Source: Candidatus Jettenia ecosi (GTDB taxonomy: Bacteria > Planctomycetota > Brocadiia > Brocadiales > Brocadiaceae). From it: a stretch of DNA of 32,000 nucleotides. Under the pieces are notes generated by a model. That model saw only the letters and a program-made list of their open reading frames with translations, did not search any database and had not been told where the DNA came from. Within the stretch, counting starts at the first letter, position 1. Each line of letters opens with the position of its first letter. This document shows, in pieces, positions 1 to 7,661 of this stretch. The position numbers and the translations under genes were made by a program. The stretch spans positions 4,221 to 36,220 of the forward strand of contig SULG01000002.1 of assembly GCA_005524015.1 (NCBI GenBank), in the 5' to 3' direction.

Positions 1-1343
1 CACACGAGGGGATAAAATACTTAAGCGTCAATGCCTCTCTTATGGAGAAAGTCGACGCCGAAGAAGCTGGTACTATAATTAGTATCTGGCGGGATATTAC
101 AAAACAAAAGCAAATTGAAGAAGAGCTGAAAATCCTCAACAAATCTCTGGAGCAACGGGTAATAGAAAAGACATTGGCGCTGATAAAATCAAACGAAGAA
201 CTTCGTGTGAAAATTGCAGAGCATAAACTATTTGAAGAAGCGCTGCGTACGAGTGAGAGCAAGTACCGGTTGCTTCTGGAGAATCTTCCCCAGAAAATCT
301 TTTATAAAAATAAAGACTCAATGTATATATCCTGTAATGAGAATTATGCCGGGGATATACGTATCAAACCGTATGAAATTCGGGGAAAGACGGATTATGA
401 TTTCTTTCCGAAGGCGCTTGCTGAAAAATACCGGGCAGATGACAAGAGAATTATGGAATCAGGGAAAGCTGAGGAGATTGAGGAAAAATACGTCAAAGAT
501 GGGCAGGAATATATTGTACATACCGTGAAAACTCCTGTGAAAGATGAAAGGGGCGCTATCATCGGTATATTGGGTATTTTCTGGGATATCACGGAAAAGA
601 TAGCTATGGAGAAGGAGGCTATACGCTCCAGACACCTGGTATCATTGGGTGAACTGGCGGCAAGTGTTGCTCATGAAGTGAATAATCCCATAACCGGTGT
701 TATCAACTACGCCCAGATACTGTGTAATAAAAGCAATGAGGGAAGCAAGGAAAAAGATATAGCAAACCGGATTATCAGGGAAGGCGACCGCATAGCAAGC
801 ATCGTTCAAAGCCTTCTTTCTTTTGCCAGGATCAGTGATAAAAAAGAGAAAAAGAGTATTATCAGTGTTCATGAAATATTATCTGACACCCTTATCCTGA
901 CAAAGGCACAGTTGCGGCAAGAGGGTATCAGGATAAAATTGGATATCCCTCAAAGATTACCCGAAATAGTTGCAGACCCCCAACAACTACAGCAGGTATT
1001 TTTGAATGCCATAAGTAATGCACGATATGCCTTAAATCAAAAATATCCGGAGGCACATGATAACAAAATCCTCGAGGTCTTAGGTGGAGAGATGACTATA
1101 GATAATCAACAGTATGTAAAAATCACCTTCTATGATCATGGCATGGGTATACCTGCTGAGATACGAGACAAGATAATGGACCCGTTTTTTACCACAAAGC
1201 CCCGTGGCAAGGGAACAGGTTTGGGATTAAGCATTAGTCAGAGTATTATACAAGATCATCATGGTAAACTTACCATCGAGAGTATCGAAGGTGAGTTTAC
1301 CAAAGTTGCAATTATTTTTCCGGTAATGGTGAAAACCGGGTAA
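1..1343 (+). CDS. PAS-domain sensor histidine kinase (5' end outside window)
   Basis: Frame 3 is open from nt 3 with no stop before the listed Met at 42, so the CDS enters from upstream. PAS-type segments end in WRDIT/FWDIT and are followed by a coiled-coil linker. H-box 'AHEVNNPIT', N-box 'NAISNARYA', G-boxes 'DHGMGIP' and 'GTGLGLSIS'. Confidence 0.9.
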   Translation, partial: HEGIKYLSVNASLMEKVDAEEAGTIISIWRDITKQKQIEEELKILNKSLEQRVIEKTLALIKSNEELRVKIAEHKLFEEALRTSESKYRLLLENLPQKIFYKNKDSMYISCNENYAGDIRIKPYEIRGKTDYDFFPKALAEKYRADDKRIMESGKAEEIEEKYVKDGQEYIVHTVKTPVKDERGAIIGILGIFWDITEKIAMEKEAIRSRHLVSLGELAASVAHEVNNPITGVINYAQILCNKSNEGSKEKDIANRIIREGDRIASIVQSLLSFARISDKKEKKSIISVHEILSDTLILTKAQLRQEGIRIKLDIPQRLPEIVADPQQLQQVFLNAISNARYALNQKYPEAHDNKILEVLGGEMTIDNQQYVKITFYDHGMGIPAEIRDKIMDPFFTTKPRGKGTGLGLSISQSIIQDHHGKLTIESIEGEFTKVAIIFPVMVKTG

Positions 1344-1458
1344 CTACCCAAATACGGTATAAAACTATTACACTGTCAAGATGATTCATGATACAACGGC
1401 TGGCTCAATCGTCCGCGATTGAATCAGGACGTTAAGCATTTCTCTTAGGTATTATCTT

Positions 1459-1539
1459 GTCATTGCGAGGGTATTGTCCGAAGCAATCTCTTGAATAGTT
1501 CAGAAGAGATTGCTTCGGGAAAAAACCCCTCGCAATGAC
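1459..1539. repeat. Nested-palindrome intergenic element, copy 1 of 3 (outer arms GTCATTGCGAGGG/CCCTCGCAATGAC, inner arms CCGAAGCAATCTCTT/AAGAGATTGCTTCGG)
   Basis: An 81-nt near-perfect long hairpin lying 116 nt after the kinase stop. The same element occurs at 4806-4884 and, inverted, at 8971-9052. Confidence 0.85.
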
Positions 1540-1580
1540 AAATACGAGAAAGCCTATTGTGGTATATCCAGATTGCTCCC

Positions 1581-1728
1581 GGGGCAAGGCTAACCAGGCT
1601 GTCCGAGAATTCATTGGCAACTTTAAACATATACTATTTATTGTCTAATATTAATACAATCGGTCAATATATAGTATAGCATCTAGTGCTCAAAGTAATT
1701 CTCGGACAGCCTGTAACGCCTTGCCCTA
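1581..1728. repeat. MITE/REP-like unit: ~30-bp inverted arms (GGGCAAGGC-N4-CAGGCTGTCCGAGAAT) around an 87-bp AT-rich core
   Basis: Left arm 1581-1610 and right arm 1698-1728 are reverse complements apart from the 4-nt linker. A sister unit lies at 2286-2440. Confidence 0.7.
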
Positions 1729-1882
1729 CGTCTTAATTATTAAGGTAATTATACGCCCTGGCAGGGATATAGCCCATATGCATCAAGCCAAGAATAGTAT
1801 TCCATAAAAAAGGAGGTATCCCCCTGGAAAAAGAGCAAGGTGCGTCCATGTTCCCCTCTAATCCCCCCTAACCCCCCTTTAA

Positions 1883-2041
1883 AAAAGGGGGGAACGAAGG
1901 ATAAGTTTAGAAAAGGGGGGAACGAAGGATAAGTTTAGAAAAGGGGGGAACGAAGGATGAGTTTAGAAAAGGGGAGAACGAAGGATGAGTTTAGAAAAGG
2001 GGAGAACGAAGGATGAGTTTAGAAAAGAGGGGAACGAGGGA
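1883..2041. repeat. 28-bp head-to-tail tandem repeat, about 5.6 copies (AAAAGGGGGGAACGAAGGATAAGTTTAG)
   Basis: Units start at 1883, 1911, 1939, 1967, 1995 and 2023 (partial). Units 1-2 are identical. Unit 3 changes ATAAG to ATGAG, and units 4-5 additionally change GGGGGG to GGGGAG. There are no spacers, and the period is not a multiple of 3. Confidence 0.9.
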
Positions 2042-2150
2042 TTTCCTCCTTTTCTAAAACACCCATATATTTCCCCCTTTTTTAAAGGGGGATTATGTTA
2101 TTCTTCACCGTTTCCACATGTTAGCTTGATGCTTATGGAATATAGCCGAT

Positions 2151-2264
2151 GTAGGGCAAGGCGTTAGAGCTTGTGCAAAAAGTATGACTATTTTTAGTCA
2201 CAATACACTATACTGTATATGACCCTGCTTAGGACTTTTTGCACAGGCTCTTTAGCCTTGCGCA
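2151..2264. repeat. MITE/REP-like unit with GTAGGGCAAGGC terminus and arms GAGCTTGTGCAAAAAGT / ACTTTTTGCACAGGCTC
   Basis: Left arm 2151-2183 and right arm 2234-2264 are imperfect reverse complements around a 50-bp AT-rich core. The terminal GGGCAAGGC motif is shared with the units at 1581 and 2286. Confidence 0.6.
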
Positions 2265-2285
2265 CCCCCGCTTGAATACCCGCCA

Positions 2286-2440
2286 CAGGGGCAAGCACTC
2301 CTAAACAGGCTGTCCGAGAATGCTTTCACATGACAAATCCTATACTCTATGTTGACAAAATATTAGCATGATAACAATATTTAGTATGGCATTTGTGGGT
2401 CGATTGAATTCTCGGACAGACTGTAAAGGGTTGCCCTACA
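2286..2440. repeat. MITE/REP-like unit, second copy of the CAGGCTGTCCGAGAAT-armed element
   Basis: CAGGCTGTCCGAGAAT at 2306-2321 pairs with ATTCTCGGACAGACTG at 2408-2423. The outer GGGGCAAG / TTGCCCTACA termini and the 86-bp AT-rich core match the architecture of 1581-1728. Confidence 0.7.
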
Positions 2441-2782
2441 ATCCATCGATTCCAGGCAAGAATTTTAATAATTTTTTTTAATAGATTATTTAAGTACCTT
2501 GGTTATATCATATTACGATAGTTTTGATTTGATTATGGAGTAGTTTGTGTTATTATAAGGGAACTTAATCAAATTGATACTTGTTCTACCACCATAGAAA
2601 TGATTCTGTTATAAATATTTAGGGTATAAAAAAGTAAATAAATAGTGTATAATTAACACTACGAATAGTGGATTATTTTTATTGGATTTACTGGAGAAGG
2701 AAATGGTTAATTTTAAAATTTCTATGAGAGAGATCAGACATCAAACTTACCTTCAAAGGTTTTTAGAAGGGAGGGGGATGAT

Positions 2783-4486
2783 ATGAAGGCTAAAATTCTT
2801 ATTATCGATGACGAAGAAAACATCAGATTTACCTTTGAGAGTTTTCTTTCGGACGAGGGGTATGATGTAAAAACTGCCAGCAATTACCATGAGGCAATAA
2901 ACATGATTGGCGCCTCTGATTTTGATTTAATTTTTGCTGATATTATCCTGGAAGGTAAAACCGGAATCGATATTCTAAAAAAAGTTAAGGAAAAAAAACT
3001 TGCATGTCCGGTTGTTATGATTACCGGGGCTCCTAATATCGAAACATCCTTAGATGCGCTGAGATTAGGCGCCTTTGACTACGTTCTCAAACCGGTGCGG
3101 CAGGAAACCCTCCTGCACGTTACCGAGAAGGCATTACAGCACAAACTATTGGTGGACGAAAAGGAACGATATCGATCAAACCTGGAGGCAATCTTTAGTA
3201 GTGTAAAAGATGCAATTGTTACCGTAGATAAGGAATTGATTGTGGTTGAGGTTAACGAGGCAACAAAAGGCATGTGCAATTTATCCCGCAACGCAATTGG
3301 AAAGCACTTCGCTTCTTTTCCGAAATATTGCAATGAAGAGTGTCTCCATGCGCTTGAGAAAACCATTCAAACAAAACAACCGGTAGAAATATATCGCCTG
3401 GAGTGTAAACATGAGCTTCGTCCGCACCAGGTGGTAAATGTTACGACATATCCTCTCCTGCACAATAAAAGTATATTTGCCGGGGCAGTGCTGGTAATAA
3501 GAGACGAGACGCATCTGGTAGATCTTGAGCGGGATATGAAGGAACGTCAACAGTTACATAATATCGTAGGCAAGAGTGATAAAATGCAAATGATTTATTC
3601 CCTCATAGAAAACTTATCGGATGTTCAGACAACCGTCCTCATTACGGGAGAAAGCGGAACTGGCAAGGAGTTAGTTGCTGAAGCGCTCCATTATAAGGGG
3701 GGAAGGGATAAGAAACCCTTTGTGAGGGTAAACTGTTCAGCTTTGTCAGAGAATTTGCTCGAGAGTGAGCTTTTTGGACACGTGAAAGGCGCTTTTACCG
3801 GCGCTGTCAGTAATAGAGTTGGCAGGTTTGAGAAGGCAGATGGCGGAACCATTTTTTTAGATGAAATAGGCGATATTACACCCCGGACGCAACTGCAGCT
3901 CTTAAGGGTATTACAGGAAAGAGAGTTTGAAAAAGTTGGCGATTCAACTCCCATTAAAGTGGATGTTCGCGTCATTGCTGCTACAAACCAGAACCTGAAG
4001 GAAAAAATCGAGCGCGGTGAATTCCGGAAAGATCTTTACTATCGTCTCAAGGTTGTTGAAATAACCTTGCCACCATTAAGAGACCGACGGGAGGATATAC
4101 CGCTGCTGGTAAATTTCTTTTTAAATAAGTTCAATAAAAAATTAAATAAAGAGATTACCGGTATTTCTTCCGATGTTCAAAAAATATTTATGGAATATCA
4201 ATGGCCTGGCAATGTCAGGGAGCTGGAACATGTCATAGAGCATGCCTTTGTCCTTTGCCACCAGGATACCATAACCGTTAATCATCTTCCGCCTGATTTA
4301 AAGGAATTTCTCGGGCAAAAAATTTCTTTCCTTGGAGATATGAGAGTTGATGAACCAAAGGCAATTCTTCAGGCGCTGAAAAAGACCTCATGGAATAAGG
4401 TCATGGCTGCTCATCTGCTCGGTATGAGCCGAAGAACCATTTACCGGAAAATCCATAATTACAAGATAAAGATGAGGGACTCATAG
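2783..4486 (+). CDS. Sigma-54-dependent response regulator (REC-PAS-AAA+-Fis HTH), paralog 1
   Basis: REC motifs 'IIDDEENIRF', acceptor Asp in 'DLIFADII' and 'VLKP'. AAA+ core: Walker A 'GESGTGKE', 'GAFTGA', Walker B 'GGTIFLDEIG', 'RVIAATN'. C-terminal HTH 'LGMSRRTIYRKI'. Strong SD GGGAGGGGG just upstream of the ATG. Confidence 0.95.
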   Translation: MKAKILIIDDEENIRFTFESFLSDEGYDVKTASNYHEAINMIGASDFDLIFADIILEGKTGIDILKKVKEKKLACPVVMITGAPNIETSLDALRLGAFDYVLKPVRQETLLHVTEKALQHKLLVDEKERYRSNLEAIFSSVKDAIVTVDKELIVVEVNEATKGMCNLSRNAIGKHFASFPKYCNEECLHALEKTIQTKQPVEIYRLECKHELRPHQVVNVTTYPLLHNKSIFAGAVLVIRDETHLVDLERDMKERQQLHNIVGKSDKMQMIYSLIENLSDVQTTVLITGESGTGKELVAEALHYKGGRDKKPFVRVNCSALSENLLESELFGHVKGAFTGAVSNRVGRFEKADGGTIFLDEIGDITPRTQLQLLRVLQEREFEKVGDSTPIKVDVRVIAATNQNLKEKIERGEFRKDLYYRLKVVEITLPPLRDRREDIPLLVNFFLNKFNKKLNKEITGISSDVQKIFMEYQWPGNVRELEHVIEHAFVLCHQDTITVNHLPPDLKEFLGQKISFLGDMRVDEPKAILQALKKTSWNKVMAAHLLGMSRRTIYRKIHNYKIKMRDS

Positions 4487-4729
4487 TATAAATGTTATCT
4501 CCATCGAAAATGAGGGATGAGATCAATTTCTCAGAAAACAGGTTTTATGGAGTACCGTTACTGCCGGGAAGTTGCTTCTTTTCCTACAAAATTCTCTATC
4601 CAGCATGGACAAACCTTTCCGCTTAAAGCCTAACGGTATGAGGTTTGTCCATGCCACCCCAAAGAACAAAGATATGGGTAATGATGGGCTTGACATCGAA
4701 TCGATAAGCTGATCAAAATCTTTATCTAT

Positions 4730-4788
4730 ATGAGCTATCGACCATGCAAAATATAGGGGTTCAATTTGCAAAATTGAACCCGCAAGGG
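4730..4788. repeat. 59-bp dispersed repeat containing hairpin GGGGTTCAATTT-N3-AAATTGAACCC
   Basis: Reverse complement of 11090-11148 with 2 mismatches. Weaker similarity extends further upstream (about 4690-4729 versus about 11230-11270). Confidence 0.8.
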
Positions 4789-4805
4789 GAAAGATTATCC
4801 CGCTA

Positions 4806-4884
4806 GTCATTGCGAGGGTATTGTCCGAAGCAATCTCTTCTGAAACATACAAAGGATTGCTTCGGAAAAGACCCTCGCAATGAC
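4806..4884. repeat. Nested-palindrome intergenic element, copy 2 of 3
   Basis: Same outer and inner arms as 1459-1539, in the same orientation, 320 nt after the paralog-1 stop. Confidence 0.85.
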
Positions 4885-5044
4885 CTTTTTAGGGATTTCG
4901 TAACGTTCCCCTATACCAACATACAACCAAAGACTCAACTTGCACCATATTTTGTCCGGTTCCATCTATTGGATGCTATAGGTAACGAAATAGCAATTTG
5001 AATCTACCATGGTTCCTCCTCTTTCCCACGAGTTGTATCGTTTG

Positions 5045-5090
5045 GTGTCATGTCACATCCTCGTGGTGACACATCTTTGTGACATGGCAC
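5045..5090. promoter_or_regulatory. Cluster A of GTGnCATGnCAC palindromic sites (candidate enhancer/UAS for a sigma-54 activator)
   Basis: GTGTCATGTCAC at 5045-5056, degenerate GTGGTGACACAT at 5063-5074, GTGACATGGCAC at 5079-5090. The motif recurs at 7198-7242 and 27980-28027. Confidence 0.55.
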
Positions 5091-5323
5091 GTTTTTTTAA
5101 TGTATCATATGGACTATTCCATCCCGTGCCAATTTAATTTGATTAAATTTGAATTATACCAGCAATAAAATAGCTTTTGGATAAAAACGACTCGGGGGGT
5201 ATTACTGGTCTCATATGAGAATCTGTGGAGAGGGGATGTTTTCTTCGTATAATTTTTAAAATGAAAGAATTTACCGGCATCTCACAATAAAAATTTAATT
5301 ATTCTTTGCTCCTTATATACCAT

Positions 5324-5339
5324 TGGCACAATTTTTTCT
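5324..5339 (+). promoter_or_regulatory. Sigma-54-like promoter TGGCAC-N5-TTTCT
   Basis: GG at 5325-26 and the -12 C at 5338 have canonical spacing (G to C = 12). The -12 reads TTTCT rather than TTGCW. The site is about 120 nt upstream of the paralog-2 ATG and nearly identical in layout to 28361-28376 (ATTGGCAnAnnTTTTTCTAT). Confidence 0.45.
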
Positions 5340-5460
5340 ATGATAAGCTGTGTAGAAAAAGTAAAAGTATTTCTCGTTGAAGGGTATGAGATAAATTACT
5401 CAAATTACTTCTATTGCTTGGTATCCTGGCTATAGTTTGTTTTAATCTCAGGGAGGATTG

Positions 5461-7164
5461 ATGAAGGCAAAAATTCTTGTAATCGATGACGAAGAAAGTA
5501 TTCGTTTTACCTTTGAAAGATTCCTTCAGGATGAGGGATATGAGGTAATTGTTGTCAAAGATTATAATGAAGCTTTACTAAAAGTCTCGGACTCAAATTT
5601 TGATTTAATATTTGCAGATGTTATCCTGGAGAATAATACGGGGATTGATTTCCTGAGAGAAATCAGAAAGAAAAGCTTTAGTTCTCCCGTTGTTATGATA
5701 ACGGGAAGCCCCAATATCGAGACTGCATCCGATGCCCTCAGGTTGGGCGCTTTTGATTATATTCCAAAGCCTGTGCGCCAGGAAACCTTGTTGCGCATTA
5801 CCAAAATAGCATTGCAGCACAAGGAGTTAGTCGATGAAAAGGAGAAGTACCGGTCAAATTTAGAGGCCATTTTCAGTAGTGTAAAAGACGCAATTATTAC
5901 GGTAGATAAGGAACTGCTTGTACTTGAGATTAATGAAGCTGCAAAAGGCATCTGTAATTTATCACGGGATGCTATCGGTCAGCCGTTAGGCTCCATATCA
6001 AAATTCTGCAACGGACAGTGTCTCAAGGCGCTCGAGGAAACGATTAAGGAAAAACAGCCGGTAGAAATATATCGTTTAGAGTGCAAACATAAATTTCATT
6101 CGCAACAGGTTGTAAACGTTACCACCTATCCGCTTCTGGATAATAAAAGCGTGTTTTCCGGGGCAATATTAGTGGTGCGGGATGAGACACATCTGGCAGA
6201 CCTTGAGCGGGATATGAAAGAGCGTCAGCAATTTCATAATATCATAGGAAAAAGCGAAAAGATGCAGTTGGTGTACTCTCTTATGGAAAATCTGGCAGAT
6301 GTGCAGACAACAGTTCTGGTTACCGGAGAAAGTGGAACAGGCAAGGAGTTAGTTGCTGAAGCGCTTCATCATAAAGGCGAGCGTAATAATAAGCCCTTTG
6401 TTAAGGTAAACTGCTCAGCTTTGTCAGAGAATTTGCTTGAGAGTGAGCTTTTTGGACACGTGAAAGGCGCTTTTACCGGCGCTGTTCAGGATAGGATCGG
6501 CAGGTTTCAAAAGGCAAATAGCGGGACTATCTTTTTAGATGAGATAGGGGACGTATCACCCAGGATGCAATTACAGCTCTTAAGGGTATTGCAGGAAAGA
6601 GAATTTGAGAGGGTTGGAGACTCGACGCCTATCCGGGTGGATGTCCGGGTTGTTGCTGCTACCAATCAAAATTTAAAGGAAAAAATACGGCGTGGCGAGT
6701 TCCGTGAAGATCTGTATTACCGTCTGAAGGTAGTGGAGGTGAATTTGCCACCATTAAGAGACCGGAGGGAGGATATACCACTCCTGGTTAATCATTTTTT
6801 AAATAAGTTCAATAAGAAGTTAATGAAGGAAATTGTAGCAGTTTCTTCCGATGTTCAAAAAATATTCATGGAATATCAATGGCCTGGTAATATCAGGGAG
6901 CTTGAGCATACCCTTGAACATGCGTTTATTCTGTGCCGCCAAAAGACCATTACTGTTAATCATTTACCAAGTACATTTAAGGACTTTGTTGGAACAAAGA
7001 CATCCTTTCTGGAAGATATGAAGATTGATGAGCCTCAGGCCATCCTTCAGGCATTGAAAAAAGCATCGTGGAATAAAGCAATGGCAGCCCGTTTATTGGG
7101 AATGAGCCGACGTACCATCTACCGAAAAATTCATGATTACAAAATAAAAATACAAGACTTATAA
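5461..7164 (+). CDS. Sigma-54-dependent response regulator (REC-PAS-AAA+-Fis HTH), paralog 2
   Basis: Collinear with 2783-4486 at roughly 80% aa identity by eye. Motifs 'GESGTGKE', 'GAFTGA', 'SGTIFLDEIG' and HTH 'LGMSRRTIYRKI'. ATG at 5461 with SD GGGAGG 5 nt upstream (the track's first M at 5458 is TTG). Confidence 0.95.
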   Translation: MKAKILVIDDEESIRFTFERFLQDEGYEVIVVKDYNEALLKVSDSNFDLIFADVILENNTGIDFLREIRKKSFSSPVVMITGSPNIETASDALRLGAFDYIPKPVRQETLLRITKIALQHKELVDEKEKYRSNLEAIFSSVKDAIITVDKELLVLEINEAAKGICNLSRDAIGQPLGSISKFCNGQCLKALEETIKEKQPVEIYRLECKHKFHSQQVVNVTTYPLLDNKSVFSGAILVVRDETHLADLERDMKERQQFHNIIGKSEKMQLVYSLMENLADVQTTVLVTGESGTGKELVAEALHHKGERNNKPFVKVNCSALSENLLESELFGHVKGAFTGAVQDRIGRFQKANSGTIFLDEIGDVSPRMQLQLLRVLQEREFERVGDSTPIRVDVRVVAATNQNLKEKIRRGEFREDLYYRLKVVEVNLPPLRDRREDIPLLVNHFLNKFNKKLMKEIVAVSSDVQKIFMEYQWPGNIRELEHTLEHAFILCRQKTITVNHLPSTFKDFVGTKTSFLEDMKIDEPQAILQALKKASWNKAMAARLLGMSRRTIYRKIHDYKIKIQDL

Positions 7165-7197
7165 CCATTCCTTAATCTCTATCTTCCTCACGCATAT

Positions 7198-7242
7198 GTG
7201 TCATGTCACAGTGCGTGGCAAGACACTCCTGTGTCATGTCAC
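7198..7242. promoter_or_regulatory. Cluster B of the palindromic sites
   Basis: GTGTCATGTCAC at 7198-7209 and 7231-7242, with degenerate GTGGCAAGACAC at 7215-7226 (17/16-bp spacing). The cluster starts 34 nt after the paralog-2 stop. Confidence 0.5.
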
Positions 7243-7661
7243 ATTTCATGTTGGTAAAATAGGTACGATAATCTGATCCTGAAAGTGTCTGTTAATAGCT
7301 TTATCTATTTACTATGAAATGAGATAAGAATATTCTATTCCGGTGTTATACATAATGAATTCATGATGAAATTCATCGTGTAGATTAAGAGTCAATTCTG
7401 GTTGAATGTTGTGTCATCTTACCCATGATTCTGGATTATCGATCATGTTAGAAAAACCATACTTATGTAGCCTTATGATTTAGTATCTTTTAGCACAAAA
7501 GGTATGGAAGACTTTTCCTGCAGTAAATGAAATTTCATAAGGTTATATGTTAGCTAAATTTATGTACACACCATATTGAAATTCTGCCAAAATTTAGCGC
7601 TTTAAATCAACGATATAAAGTCTTTTTCTTTTCTCTGTTTCCTCTTTGCGTTTGTACATTA

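Noticed and set aside
1883-2041. Possible CRISPR array (28-bp repeat length is CRISPR-like)
   Set aside because: The repeats are directly abutting with no unique spacers, and no cas genes are in the window. It is a simple tandem repeat.
1985-2167. 60-aa ORF (MSLEKGRTKDEFRKEGNEG...)
   Set aside because: It is a translation of the 28-bp tandem array and the adjacent CCCCCTTT/AAAGGGGG hairpin repeats. The repeat period is not a multiple of 3 and there is no SD.
2700-2730. Sigma-54 promoter upstream of activator paralog 1 (TGGTTAATTTTAAAATTTCTAT)
   Set aside because: The TTTCTAT resembles the -12 half of the other two candidates. However, the GG to -12 C spacing is 16 nt instead of 12, and no palindrome cluster lies upstream.
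4523-4852. 109-aa minus-strand ORF between the two activator genes
   Set aside because: Its 5' third is encoded by the nested-palindrome element and the dispersed hairpin repeat. It has no recognisable domain or SD and is most likely repeat-derived. A degraded gene remnant cannot be fully excluded.
5086-5100. TGGCACG at 5086 as a -24 element
   Set aside because: It is part of palindrome site A3 (GTGACATGGCAC), and the sequence 12 nt downstream is TTTA, with no GC/TC -12 element.
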